From: Eledone cirrhosa | Lineage: Eukaryota | Length of the DNA stretch: 64,000 nucleotides | Reading direction: 5' to 3' | Assembly (NCBI GenBank): GCA_964016885.1 | Contig: OZ024743.1 | Span: 297,786,001-297,850,000 of the forward strand | Part shown: positions 41,098-54,367 of the stretch, piece after piece | Numbering within the stretch: the stretch's first letter is position 1 | Layout: every line of letters starts with the position of its first letter | Notes under the pieces: generated by a model | Told to the model about the DNA's origin: nothing | Seen by the model: only the letters and a program-made list of their open reading frames with translations | Database searches by the model: none | Position numbers and translations under genes: made by a program

Positions 41098-42551
41098 AAA
41101 GACCTTCATTTTGAAGTAGATGTATCAAAATGTTTTTAAATTCATATTATTTTCACTATATATCTTGCGTATTAGATAGTTATGTATATATAATTTTGCA
41201 TTTATTAAAACAATATACATTCTATAGAGAGTTTACTTCATATATTTAACTGATACTTCAAGTTCTGTTATAAATACTGCTATCTAAAACAAATAAAAAT
41301 CACATCTTTTCTTCTGCTATTGCTACATGTTCTCATTCACCATATATCGTAGATGAGATAGAGATTCATACATACACTACAAACTATCATACTAATCACC
41401 ATAAATAACCTTATTATTGATAATCTAATAGAAAATCATAGTAAAATAAAACAAGTTAATTGAAATCTACTGTGTTTTATTGAGTAATTGAAATATCAAA
41501 CAATGATAGTTCGATTAAAATCAAATAAATAAAATAGAAAATACATTATTGTAATTTTCGAAGAAAAACGGTTCGCAATCACGTCGAAACTTCCCAATAA
41601 GCGATGAAATGTAATTACAATTAGTAGCCTACCTTGTCCTGTTCTTATAAAAAGACACATTTGAATCCCCATACAATTCAAAAGGGAATATTTACAAAAT
41701 TAGATGGAATCATGATGGCAGACTTTCCCTTAGATGCACGTAAAAGACGTGATAATAGAAATATTTCAAACCGAGCCGTCTTTAAAATATGGTGAGTATA
41801 TTACTCCAGGCATCATTTGTATTACAGTAATACTACCATTGACAAAATTAACTTGTGTTAATAAAAGGTAACATTTTCACAATGAACGTTACATTTGTAA
41901 AACCTCTCTACTCAAATGCTTTCCTGTGACGTTACAACATATATATTTTTATATTTAGATTGGACAAATTAGTTTAGCATTTCTCACTTTAGTCAAGAAA
42001 TGAGAACATCGCTAAAGAAGGAAATAAGCTGATATAGTAAGGTAGTGTTTAAGATAGTGTGTAAATAGTGTTGAAATCGAATGAAGAGGACATTTGATTA
42101 AACACTGAATGTGACTAATAATGGATTGAAATGCTCCAATTTTTACTTTCAGATCTCTAGCATTCCTGTACTTTCCATTTCTATTTCTTGATAATCAAAT
42201 GGTCTATTTTATTTTTAACATAGCAAGAAAGAGTTTCAATCTTGTAGTTTCGTTATTGTTTCTTTATATTTGTGAGATCATATCTAACAATGTATACAAA
42301 ATATCTCTGAATATACTTTTAAAAGAATATATTGCATACATGAGTTCATGATAATTAGATGTAGTCATTGACGAGAGGAAAGAAGCGCTGAGAGTGAGAG
42401 AAACTGGAAAACACGCAAAACCAAAGATATTGTTAGACAAATTATTGCCTTTTCAAATGAAAAATAATGAGAATAAAAGAATCGAGCGTGTAAGGAATTG
42501 AAGATTAAATAAGACTTACTAGACTAAACTTAAATATTATGGCAAAAACTG

Positions 42552-42633
42552 CGACGAAGATGAGATTCAAACTCATGCGGCACGATCCCAATGGTTTAGC
42601 AGTGCATCGCCTAAACCACTCGGCGACCTCGTC
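42552..42633 (-). pseudogene. trnS-GCT: tRNA-Ser(GCT) probable pseudogene
   Basis: C56T, G9C, two stem mismatches. Confidence 0.8.
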
Positions 42634-43106
42634 AATTTTGATAAGAAAAGTGGAACTCTTCACATAGAAAACTGAAGTTTGAAATAAACGTTTATGAATA
42701 TAATCGCTTGAAAGTTGATAATTTGGTGATAGAAGAATGTCAGCATTCTTATTCTATGATAGTATGGGAGAACGAAAGATTACCAACTATTTTAAAGTAT
42801 GAAAGGAAATAATCACTAAAATTGTTTTAAGTTATTTTATGGTTGTGTTTAAGAAACCTAAGACTGGTTTTAAGGGAAGACAGATTGGAATTAAGATTTC
42901 CCCCAGACCAACATCGAATGATAACATCTTTTCTATGCTATTACAATTTACATGATTTCCAGTGAAATTGAATTAAATATCCAAATGTTAGTTAATTTTC
43001 CGGACAAAATGTTGTCATCGACACGGAAGAATTAGAGTGACATTCAACGATAATATTGTCTAAAACATACATACACTAATTTAAATTGACAACCATTGAC
43101 TAAACT

Positions 43107-43179
43107 GGGCTTGTGGCGCAATGGATAACGCGCCTGACTACGGATCAGGAGATTCCAGGTTCGACTCCTGGCAAGCTCG
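43107..43179 (+). tRNA. trnR-ACG: tRNA-Arg(ACG)
   Basis: Consensus cloverleaf. Confidence 0.94.
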
Positions 43180-44633
43180 AAAGACCTTCATTTTGAAGTA
43201 GATGTATCAAAATGTTTTTAAATTCATATTATTTTCACTATATATCTTGCGTATTAGATAGTTATGTATATATAATTTTGCATTTATTAAAACAATATAC
43301 ATTCTATAGAGAGTTTACTTCATATATTTAACTGATACTTCAAGTTCTGTTATAAATACTGCTATCTAAAACAAATAAAAATCACATCTTTTCTTCTGCT
43401 ATTGCTACTTGTTCTCATTCAACATATATCGTAGATGAGATAGAGATTCATACATACACTACAAACTATCATACTAATCACCATAAATAACCTTATTATT
43501 GATAATCTAATAGAAAATCATAGTAAAATAAAACAAGTTAATTGAAATCTACTGTGTTTTATTGAGTAATTGAAATATCAAACAATGATAGTTCGATTAA
43601 AATCAAATAAATAAAATAGAAAATACATTATTGTAATTTTCGAAGAAAAACGGTTCGCAATCACGTCGAAACTTCCCAATAAGCGATGAAATGTAATTAC
43701 AATTAGTAGCCTACCTTGTCCTGTTCTTATAAAAAGACACATTTGAATCCCCATACAATTCAAAAGGGAATATTTACAAAATTAGATGGAATCATGATGG
43801 CAGACTTTCCCTTAGATGCACGTAAAAGACGTGATAATAGAAATATTTCAAACCGAGCCGTCTTTAAAATATGGTGAGTATATTACTCCAGGCATCATTT
43901 GTATTACAGTAATACTACCATTGACAAAATTAACTTGTGTTAATAAAAGGTAACATTTTCACAATGAACGTTACATTTGTAAAACCTCTCTACTCAAATG
44001 CTTTCCTGTGACGTTACAACATATATATTTTTATATTTAGATTGGACAAATTAGTTTAGCATTTCTCACTTTAGTCAAGAAATGAGAACATCGCTAAAGA
44101 AGGAAATAAGCTGATATAGTAAGGTAGTGTTTAAGATAGTGTGTAAATAGTGTTGAAATCGAATGAAGAGGACATTTGATTAAACACTGAATGTGACTAA
44201 TAATGGATTGAAATGCTCCAATTTTTACTTTCAGATCTCTAGCATTCCTGTACTTTCCATTTCTATTTCTTGATAATCAAATGGTCTATTTTATTTTTAA
44301 CATAGCAAGAAAGAGTTTCAATCTTGTAGTTTCGTTATTGTTTCTTTATATTTGTGAGATCATATTTAACAATGTATACAAAATATCTCTGAATATACTT
44401 TTAAAAGAATATATTGCATAGATGAGTTCATGATAATTAGATGTAGTCATTGACGAGAGGAAAGAAGCGCTGAGAGTGAGAGAAACTGGAAAACACGCAA
44501 AACCAAAGATATTGTTAGACAAATTATTGCCTTTTCAAATGAAAAATAATGAGAATAAAAGAATCGAGCGTGTAAGGAATTGAAGATTAAATAAGACTTA
44601 CTAGACTAAACTTAAATATTATGGCAAAAACTG

Positions 44634-44715
44634 CGACGAAGATGAGATTCAAACTCATGCGGCACGATCCCAATGGATTAGCAGTCCATCGCCTAAACCA
44701 CTCGGCCACCTCGTC
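44634..44715 (-). tRNA. trnS-GCT: tRNA-Ser(GCT), anticodon stem intact, C56T
   Basis: As copy at 30057. Confidence 0.8.
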
Positions 44716-45188
44716 AATTTTGATAAGAAAAGTGGAACTCTTCACATAGAAAACTGAAGTTTGAAATAAACGTTTATGAATATAATCGCTTGAAAGTTGA
44801 TAATTTGGTGATAGAAGAATGTCAGCATTCTTATTCTATGATAGTATGGGAGAACGAAAGATTACCAACTATTTTAAAGTATGAAAGGAAATAATCACTA
44901 AAATTGTTTTAAGTTATTTTATGGTTGTGTTTAAGAAACCTAAGACTGGTTTTAAGGGAAGACAGATTGGAATTAAGATTTCCCCCAGACCAACATCGAA
45001 TGATAACATCTTTTCTATGCTATTACAATTTACATGATTTCCAGTGAAATTGAATTAAATATCCAAATGTTAGTTAATTTTCCGGACAAAATGTTGTCAT
45101 CGACACGGAAGAATTAGAGTGACATTTAACGATAATATTGTCTAAAACATACATACACTAATTTAAATTGACAACCATTGACTAAACT

Positions 45189-45261
45189 GGGCTTGTGGCG
45201 AAATGGATAACGCGCCTGAATACGGATCAGGAGATTCCAGGTTCGACTCCTGGCAAGCTCG
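45189..45261 (+). tRNA. trnR-ACG: tRNA-Arg(ACG) variant
   Basis: C13A and C32A (loop ATACGGA). Confidence 0.78.
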
Positions 45262-46716
45262 AAAGACCTTCATTTTGAAGTAGATGTATCAAAATGTTTT
45301 TAAATTCATTTTATTTTCACTATATATCTTGCGTATTAGATAGTTATGTATATATAATTTTGCATTTATTAAAACAATATACATTCTATAGAGAGTTTAC
45401 TTCATATATTTAACTGATACTTCAAGTTCTGTTATAAATACTGCTATCTAAAACAAATAAAAATCACATCTTTTCTTCTGCTATTGCTACTTGTTCTCAT
45501 TCACCATATATCGTAGATGAGATAGAGATTCATACATACACTACAAACTATCATACTAATCACCATAAATAACCTTATTATTGATAATCTAATAGAAAAT
45601 CATAGTAAAATAAAACAAGTTAATTGAAATCTACTGTGTTTTATTGAGTAATTGAAATATCAAACAATGATAGTTCGATTAAAATCAAATAAATAAAATA
45701 GAAAATACATTATTGTAATTTTCGAAGAAAAACGGTTCGCAATCACGTCGAAACTTCCCAATAAGCGATGAAATGTAATTACAATTAGTAGCCTACCTTT
45801 TCCTGTTCTTATAAAAAGACACATTTGAATCCCCATACAATTCAAAAGGGAATATTTACAAAATTAGATGGAATCATGATGGCAGAATTTCCCTTAGATG
45901 CACGTAAAAGACGTGATAATAGAAATATTTCAAACCGAGCCGTCTTTAAAATATGGTGGGTATATTATTCCAGGCATCATTTGTATTACAGTAATACTAC
46001 CATTGACAAAATTAACTTGTGTTAATAAAAGGTAACATTTTTACAATGAACGTTACATTTGTAAAACCTCTCTACTCAAATGCTTTCCTATGACGTTACA
46101 ACATATATATTTTTATATTTAGATTGGACAAATTAGTTTAGCAGTTCTCACTTTAGTCAAGAAATGAGAACATTGCTAAAGAAGGAAATAAGCTGATATA
46201 GTAAGGTAGTGTTTAAGATAGTGTGTAAATAGTGTTGAAATCGAATGAAGAGGACATTTGGTTAAACACTGAATGTGACTAATAATGGATTGAAATGCTC
46301 CAATTTTTACTTTCAGATCTCTAGCATTCCTGTACTTTCCAGTTCTATTTCTTGATAAATCAAATGGTCTATTTTATTTTTAACATAGCAAGAAAGAGTT
46401 TGAATCTTGTAGTTTCGTTATTGTTTCTTTATATTTGTGAGATCATATCTAACAATGTATACAAAATATCTCTGAATATACTTTTAAAAGAATATATTGC
46501 ATACATGAGTTCATGATAATTAGATGTAGTCATTGACGAGAGGAAAGAAGCGCTGAGAGTGAGAGAAACTGGAAAACACGCAAAACCAAAGATATTGTTA
46601 GACAAATTATTGCCTTTTCAAATGAAAAATAATGAGAATAAAAGAATCGAGCGTGTAAGGAATTGAAGATTAAATAAGACTTACTAGACTAAACTTAAAT
46701 ATTATGGCAAAAACTG

Positions 46717-46798
46717 CGACGAAGATGAGATTCAAACTCATGCGGCACGATCCCAATGGTTTAGCAGTGCATCGCCTAAACCACTCGGCGACCTCGTC
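46717..46798 (-). pseudogene. trnS-GCT: tRNA-Ser(GCT) probable pseudogene
   Basis: C56T, G9C, two stem mismatches. Confidence 0.8.
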
Positions 46799-47271
46799 AA
46801 TTTTGATAAGAAAAGTGGAACTCTTCACATAGAAAACTGAAGTTTGAAATAAACGTTTATGAATATAATCGCTTGAAAGTTGATAATTTGGTGATAGAAG
46901 AATGTCAGCATTCTTATTCTATGATAGTATGGGAGAACGAAAGATTACCAACTATTTTAAAGTATGAAAGGAAATAATCACTAAAATTGTTTTAAGTTAT
47001 TTTATGGTTGTGTTTAAGAAACCTAAGACTGGTTTTAAGGGAAGACAGATTGGAATTAAGATTTCCCCCAGACCAACATCGAATGATAACATCTTTTCTA
47101 TGCTATTACAATTTACATGATTTCCAGTGAAATTGAATTAAATATCCAAATGTTAGTTAATTTTCCGGACAAAATGTTGTCATCGACACGGAAGAATTAG
47201 AGTGACATTCAACGATAATATTGTCTAAAACATACATACACAAATTTAAATTGACAAACATTTACTAAACT

Positions 47272-47344
47272 GGGCTTGTGGCGCAATGGATAACGCGCCT
47301 GACTACGGATCAGGAGATTCCAGGTTCGACTCCTGGCAAGCTCG
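47272..47344 (+). tRNA. trnR-ACG: tRNA-Arg(ACG)
   Basis: Consensus cloverleaf. Confidence 0.94.
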
Positions 47345-48798
47345 AAAGACCTTCATTTTGAAGTAGATGTATCAAGATGTTTTTAAATTCATTTTATTTT
47401 CACTATATATCTTGCGTATTAGATAGTTATGTATATATAATTTTGCATTTATTAAAACAATATATATTCTATAGAGAGTTTACTTCATATATTTAACTGA
47501 TACTTCAAGTTCTGTTATAAATACTGCTATCTAAAACAAATAAAAATCACATCTTTTCTTCTGCTATTGCTACTTGTTCTCATTCACCATATATCGTAGA
47601 TGAGATAGAGATTCCTACATACACTACAAACTAACATACTAATCACCATAAACAACCTTATTATTGATAATCTAATAGAAAATCATAGTAAAATAAAACA
47701 AGTTAATTGAAATCTACTGTGTTTTATTGAGTAATTGAAATATCAAACAAGGATAGTTCGATTAAAATCAAATAAATAAAATAGAAAATATCTTATTGTA
47801 ATTTTCGAAGAAAAACGGTTCGCAATCTCGTCGAAACTTCCCAATAAGCGATGAAATGTAATTACAATTAGTAGCCTACCTTGTCCTGTTCTTATAAAAA
47901 GACACATTTGAATCCCCATACAATTCAAAAGGGAATATTTACAAAATTAGATGGAATCATGATGGCAGAATTTCCATTAGATGCACGTAAAAGACGTGAT
48001 AATAGAAATATTTCAAACCGAGCCGTCTTTAAAATATGGTGAGTATATTACTCCAGGCATCATTTGTATTACAGTAATACTACCATTGACAAAATTAACT
48101 TGTGTTAATAAAAGGTAACATTTTCACAATGAACGTTACATTTGTAAAACCTCTCTACTCAAATGCTTTCCTATGACGTTACAACATATATATTTTTATA
48201 TTTAGATTGGACAAATTAGTTTAGCATTTCTCACTTTAGTCAAGAAATGAGAACATTGCTAAAGAAGGAAATAAGCTGATATAGTAAGGTAGTGTTTAAG
48301 ATAGTGTGTAAATAGTGTTGAAATCGAATGAAGAGGACATTTGGTTAAACACTGAATGTGACTAATAATGGATTGAAATGCTCCAATTTTTACTTTCAGA
48401 TCTCTAGCATTCCTGTACTTTCCAGTTCTATTTATTGATTATCAAATGGTCTATTTTATTTTTAACATAGCAAGAAAGAGTTTGAATCTTGTAGTTTCGT
48501 TATTGTTTCGTTATATTTGTGAGATCATATCTAACAATGTATACAAAATATCTCTGAATATACTTTTAAAAGAATATATTGCATACATGAGTTCATGATA
48601 ATTAGATGTAGTCATTGACGAGAGGAAAGAAGCGCTGAGAGTGAGAGAAACTGGAAAACACGCAAAACCAAAGATATTGTTAGACAAATTATTGCCTTTT
48701 CAAATGAAAAATAATGAGAATAAAAGAATCGAGCGTGTAAGGAATTGAAGATTAAATAAGACTTACTAGACTAAACTTAAATATTATGGCAAAAACTG

Positions 48799-48880
48799 CG
48801 ACGAAGATGAGATTCAAACTCATGCGGCACGATCCCAATGGTTTAGCAGTCCATCGCCTAAACCACTCGGCGACCTCGTC
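48799..48880 (-). pseudogene. trnS-GCT: tRNA-Ser(GCT) probable pseudogene
   Basis: C56T, stem mismatch, G9C. Confidence 0.75.
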
Positions 48881-49353
48881 AATTTTGATAAGAAAAGTGG
48901 AACTCTTCACATAGAAAACTGAAGTTTGAAATAAACGTTTATGAATATAATCGCTTGAAAGTTGATAATTTGGTGATAGAAGAATGTCAGCATTCTTATT
49001 CTATGATAGTATGGGAGAACGAAAGATTACCAACTATTTTAAAGTATGAAAGGAAATAATCACTAAAATTGTTTTAAGTTATTTTATGGTTGTGTTTAAG
49101 AAACCTAAGACTGGTTTTAAGGGAAGACAGATTGGAATTAAGATTTCCCCCAGACCAACATCGAATGATAACATCTTTTCTATGCTATTACAATTTACAT
49201 GATTTCCAGTGAAATTGAATTAAATATCCAAATGTTAGTTAATTTTCCGGACAAAATGTTGTCATCGACACGGAAGAATTAGAGTGATATTCAACGATAA
49301 TATTGTCTAAAACATACATACACTAATTTAAATTGACAACCATTGGCTAAACT

Positions 49354-49426
49354 GGGCTTGTGGCGCAATGGATAACGCGCCTGACTACGGATCAGGAGAT
49401 TCCAGGTTCGACTCCTGGCAAGCTCG
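49354..49426 (+). tRNA. trnR-ACG: tRNA-Arg(ACG)
   Basis: Consensus cloverleaf. Confidence 0.94.
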
Positions 49427-49657
49427 AAAGACCTTCATTTTGAAGTAGATGTATCAAAATGTTTTTAAATTCATTTTATTTTCACTATATATCTTGCGTA
49501 TTAGATAGTTATGTATATATAATGTTAGTATCCAAATGTTAGTTAATTTTCCGGACAAAATGTTGTCATCGACACGGAAGATTTAGAGTGACATTCCACG
49601 ATAATATTGTCTAAAACATACCTACACTAATTTAAATTGACAACCGCTGGACGAACT

Positions 49658-49730
49658 GGGCTTCTGGCGCAATGGATAACGCGCCTGACTACGGATCAGG
49701 AGATTCCAGGTTCGACTCTGGACAAGCTCG
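49658..49730 (+). pseudogene. trnR-ACG: tRNA-Arg(ACG) probable pseudogene in local 304-bp duplication
   Basis: G7C and disrupted 3' T-stem (CTGGA). Confidence 0.75.
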
Positions 49731-50617
49731 AAAGACCTTCATTTTGAAGTAGATGTATCAAAATGTTTTTAAATTCATTTTACTTTCATTATATATCTTG
49801 CGTATTAGATAGTTATGTATATATAATTTTGCATTTATTAAAACAATATACATTCTATAGAGAGTTTACTTCATATATTTAACTGATACTTCAAGTTCTG
49901 TTATAAATACTGCTATCTAAAACAAATAAAAATCACATCTTTTCTTCTGCTATTGCTACTTGTTCTCATTCACCATATATCGTAGATCAGATAGAGATTC
50001 ATACATACACTACAAACTATCATACTAATCACCATAAACAACCTTATTATTGATAATATAATAGGGAATCATATTAAAATAAAACAAGTTGATTGAAATC
50101 TACTGTGATTTATTGAGGAATTGAAATATCAAACAATGAGTGTTCGATTAAATTCAAATAAATAAAATAGAAAATACATTATTGTGATTTTCGAAGAAAC
50201 ACGATTCGCAATCACGTCGAAATTTCCCAATAAACGAAGAAATGTAGTTACAATTACTAGCCTACATTGTCCCGTTCTTGTAAAAAGACACATTTGAATC
50301 CCCAAACAGTTTATTGTGGTTTGTATGATTGTTTGTAGTGTATGCATGAATCTCTATCTCGTCTACGATATATGGTGAATGATAACATGTAGAAATAACA
50401 GCAGGATATATGTGAATGTTATTTGATTTAGATAGCAGTATTTATAGCAGAACTTGAAATATCAGTTATATATATAAAGTAAACTCTCTATAGAATGTAT
50501 AATGAAGATAATTGCCAAAATATATATACATAAATATCTAATATCCAAAATATGTAATGAAAAGAAAAATGATTTTTTAAAGAATTATTATTCATCTACT
50601 TCAAAATATCGGTGTTT

Positions 50618-50690
50618 CGAGCTTGTCAGGAAACGAATCTGGATTCTCCTGATCCGTAGTCAGGAGCGTTATCCATTGCACCAGAAGCAC
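50618..50690 (-). pseudogene. trnR-ACG: tRNA-Arg(ACG) pseudogene
   Basis: 5' GTGCTTC, B-box ATTCGTTTC instead of GTTCGACTC. Confidence 0.85.
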
Positions 50691-51144
50691 AGGTTACAAA
50701 CTGACTGTCAATTTAAATTACTGTAGGTATGTTTTAGACAATACAATCGTTGAATGTCACTCTAATTCTTCCGTGTCGATGACAAACTTTTGTCCACAAG
50801 ATTAGCTAACATTTGGATAATGAATTCGATTTCACTGGAAATCAGCTAAATTATAATTGCATAGAAGGGGTGCTACCATTCAATATACGTGAGTCTGAAA
50901 TTTTAATTCCAATCCGTTCTCCCTTAAAACCAGTCTTAGGTTTCTTAAACATAACCAATCTTAGTGATTATTTCCTCCTTAATTTAAAATAGTTGGTAAA
51001 CATTGTTTTTCCCATACTATCATTGATGGAGAATGCTGAAATTCTTCTATGACCAAATTATCAACTTTCAAGCGATTATATTCATAAACGTTTATCTCAA
51101 ATTACAGTTCTATATGTGAAGAATTCCACTTTCGTTTCCAACTT

Positions 51145-51226
51145 GACGAGGTGGCCGAGTGGTTAAGGCGATGGACTGCTAATCCATTGGGATTTTCCCG
51201 CGTGAGTTCGAATCTCATCTTCGTCG
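51145..51226 (+). tRNA. trnS-GCT: tRNA-Ser(GCT), intact
   Basis: All stems pair, variable arm GGGA/TCCC, B-box GTTCGAATC, T5 terminator. Confidence 0.94.
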
Positions 51227-51326
51227 ACGTTTTTGCCATTATATTTAAGTTTAGTCAAGTATCTCTTATTTAATCTTCAATTCATTACACGCTTATTTCT
51301 TTTATTCATCATTATTTATCCTTTAA

Positions 51327-51395
51327 CGGGTCGATAAAATAAAGTACCAGTAATACACTGGAATAATTGCTGGCCTTGTGCCAAAAGTAGAAACA
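51327..51395 (+). mobile_element. 5'-truncated SINE, 69 bp, 16-bp TSD ATTATTTATCCTTTAA
   Basis: Matches 3' end of SINE at 58854; TSD 51311-51326 and 51396-51411; empty site in sister units. Confidence 0.9.
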
Positions 51396-52787
51396 ATTAT
51401 TTATCCTTTAAAGGGGCAATAATTTATCTGTAAATATATTTTTCGTTCTGCGTGTTTTCCAATTTCTCCCAAACTAAGCGCTTGTTTTCTCTCGTCAATG
51501 ACTACATCTAATTATTCTTAACACATGTACGCAATAGATTCTTTAAGAAATATATTCAAAGATATTTTCACAGCTTGTTAGAACTGATCTAACAAATATG
51601 AAGAAACAATAACGAAACTACAAGATTGAAGCTCTTTCTTGCTATGTTAAAAGTAAAATAGATAATTTGATTATCAAGAAACTGAACTGGAAAGTAGAGC
51701 AATACAGGAGTTCGAAAAGTGAAGATCAGAAAAGTTCAATCCGTTATTAGTCACATTCAGCGTTTAGCCAAATGTTCTCTTAATTTGATTTCAACACTAT
51801 TTACACACTATCTTACACACTACCTTACTATATCAGATTATCTCCTTCTTTAGTGATGTCCTCGTTTATTGACTAAAGTGAGAAATGCTAAACTAATTCG
51901 TCCAATCTAAATTTTCAGATATTTATATTGTGACGTCATAGGAAAGCATTTAAGTAGAGAGGTTTTACGAACGTAACATTCATTCTGAAAATGTTACCAT
52001 TTATCAACACAAGTTAATTTTGTTAATGGTAGTTTTACTGTAACTCAATTGATGCCTGGAATAATATACTCACCATCTTTTAAAGACGGCTCGGTTTGAA
52101 ATATTTCTATTATCACGTCTTTTACGTGCATTTAAGGGAAATTCTGCCATCATGATTCCATCTAATTTTGGAAAATTTGCTCTTAAATTCGTTGGCGATT
52201 CAAATGAGTCTTTCTATAAGAACGCTGAAAATTTAGAAACGGGACAAGGTGGGCTAATAATTGTAGTTTTATTTTATCGTTTATTAGGTATTTCGAGATG
52301 AAAGCGAACAGTTTTTCTTCGAAAATTACAATAACGTTGCATTTTCAATTGTATTTATTTGATTTTAATCGAACTATCATTGTTTGATATTACAATTGTT
52401 CGATAGATCACAGTAGATTTCAAATAACTTGTTTAGTTTTACTATAAATTTCTATTAGAATTGCAATAATAAGATTGTTTATTGTGATTTGTATGATTGT
52501 TTGTAGTGTATGCATGAATCTCTATCTCGTCTACGATATATGGTGAATGATAACATGTAGAAATAACAGCACGATATATGTGAATGTTATTTGATTAAGA
52601 TAGCAGTATTTATTGCAGAACTTGAAATATCAGTTATATATATAAAGTAAAGTCTCTATAGAATGTATATTGTTTAGATAATTGCCAGAATATATATACA
52701 TAAATATCTAATATCCAAAATATGTAATGAAAAGAAAAATGATTTTTTAAAGAATTATTATTCATCTACTTCAAAATATCGGTGTTT

Positions 52788-52860
52788 CGAGCTTGTCATG
52801 AAACCAATCTGGAATCTCCTGATCCGTAGTCAGGCGCGTTATCCATTGCACCACAAGCAC
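52788..52860 (-). pseudogene. trnR-ACG: tRNA-Arg(ACG) pseudogene
   Basis: T-arm CCAGA-TTGGTTT-CATGA, B-box destroyed. Confidence 0.87.
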
Positions 52861-53313
52861 AGGTTACAAACTGACAGTCAATTTAAATTACTGTAGGTAT
52901 GTTTTAGACAATACAATCGTTGAATATCACACTAATTCTTCCGTGTCGATGACAAACTTTTGTCCACAAGATTAGCTAACCTTTGGACAATGAATTCAAT
53001 TTCACTGGAAATCAGGTAAATTATAATTGCATGGAAGGGTGTTACCATTCAATTTTCGTGAGTCTGAAATTTTAATTCCAATCCGTTCTCCCTTAAAACC
53101 AGTCTTAGGTTTCTTAAACATAACCAATCTTAGTGATTATTTCCTCCTTAATTTAAAATAGTTGGTAAATATTGTTTCTCCCATACTATCATAGATCGAG
53201 AATGCTGAAATTCTTCTATGACCAAATTATCAACTTTCAAGCGATTATATTCATAAACGTTTATTTCAAATTACAGTTCTATATGTGAAGAATTCCTCTT
53301 TCGTTTCCAACTT

Positions 53314-53395
53314 GACGAGGTGGCCGAGTGGTTAAGGCGATGGACTGCTAATCCATTGGGATTTTCCCGCGTGAGTTCGGATCTCATCTTCGTCG
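53314..53395 (+). tRNA. trnS-GCT: tRNA-Ser(GCT), A58G variant
   Basis: Stems intact; T-loop TTCGGAT. Confidence 0.82.
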
Positions 53396-54367
53396 AAGTT
53401 TTTGCCATGATATTTAAGTTTAGTCAGGTATCTCTTATTTAATCTTCAATTCATTACACGCTTATTTCTTTTATTCATCATTATTTATCCTTTAAAAGGG
53501 CAATAATTTATCTGTAAATATATTTTTCGTTCTGCGTGTTTTCCAATTTCTCCCAAACTAAGCGCTTGTTTTCTCTCGTCAATGACTACATCTAATTATT
53601 CTGAACACATGTACGCAATAGATTCTTTAAGAAATATATTCAAAGATATTTTCACAGCTTGTTAGCCTTGATCTCACAAATATGAAGAAACAATAACAAA
53701 ACTACAAGATTGAAGCTCTTTCTTGCTATGTTAAAAGTAAAATAGACAATTTGATTATCAAGAAACTGAACTGGAAAGTAGAGCAATACAGGAGTTCGAA
53801 AAGTGAAAATCAGAACAGTTCAATCCGTTATTAGTCACATTCAGCGTTTAGCCAAATGTTCTCTTAATTTGATTTCAACACTATTTACACACTATCTTAC
53901 ACACTACCTTACTATATCAGATTATCTCCTTCTTTAGTGATGTCCTCGTTTATTGACTAAAGTGAGAAATGCTAAACTAATTCGTCCAATCTAAATTTAC
54001 AGACATATATATTGTGACGTCATAGGAAAGCATTTGAGTAGAGAGGTGTTACGAACGTAACGGTCATTCTGAAAATGTTACCATTTATCAACACAAGTTA
54101 ATTTTGTTAATGGTAGTTTTACTGTAATACAATTGATGCCTGGAATAATATACTCACCATATTTTAAAGACGGCTCGGTTTGAAATATTTCTATTATCAC
54201 GTCTTTTACGTGAATTTAAGGGAAATTCTGCCATCATGATTCCATCTAATTTTGGAAAATTTGCTCTTAAATTCGTTGGCGATTCAAATGAGTATTTCTA
54301 TAAGAACGCTGAAAATTTAGAAACGGGATAAGGTGGGCTAATAATTGTAGTTTTATTTTATCGTTTA

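Larger units (their letters stand above)
49225..49827 (+). repeat. Local 304-bp-period tandem duplication containing tRNA-Arg
   Basis: Unit restarts at TATCCAAATGTTAG (49529) after 5-nt filler GTTAG. Confidence 0.9.
1..50308 (+). repeat. Left tandem array (tRNA macrosatellite), ~2082-bp unit (2.4-2.6 kb when telomeric tract present), ~23 units
   Basis: Near-identical sequence recurs every 2082-2083 bp (also visible in ORF track spacing); each unit has tRNA-Arg (+) and tRNA-Ser (-). Confidence 0.98.

Noticed and set aside
1-50308. Telomere-targeted retrotransposon (SART/TRAS/HeT-A type) as the identity of the unit
   Set aside because: No RT or gag ORF and no poly(A) tail; empty-site alleles show the tract was inserted into the unit, not the unit into a telomere
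15986-50347. Recurrent 61-72 aa ORFs (MNCMGIQ..., MNPHTIQ...)
   Set aside because: Mostly TTG starts, no recognisable domain, destroyed by the tract; the 66-aa ORF exists only where a TGA mutated to TGG
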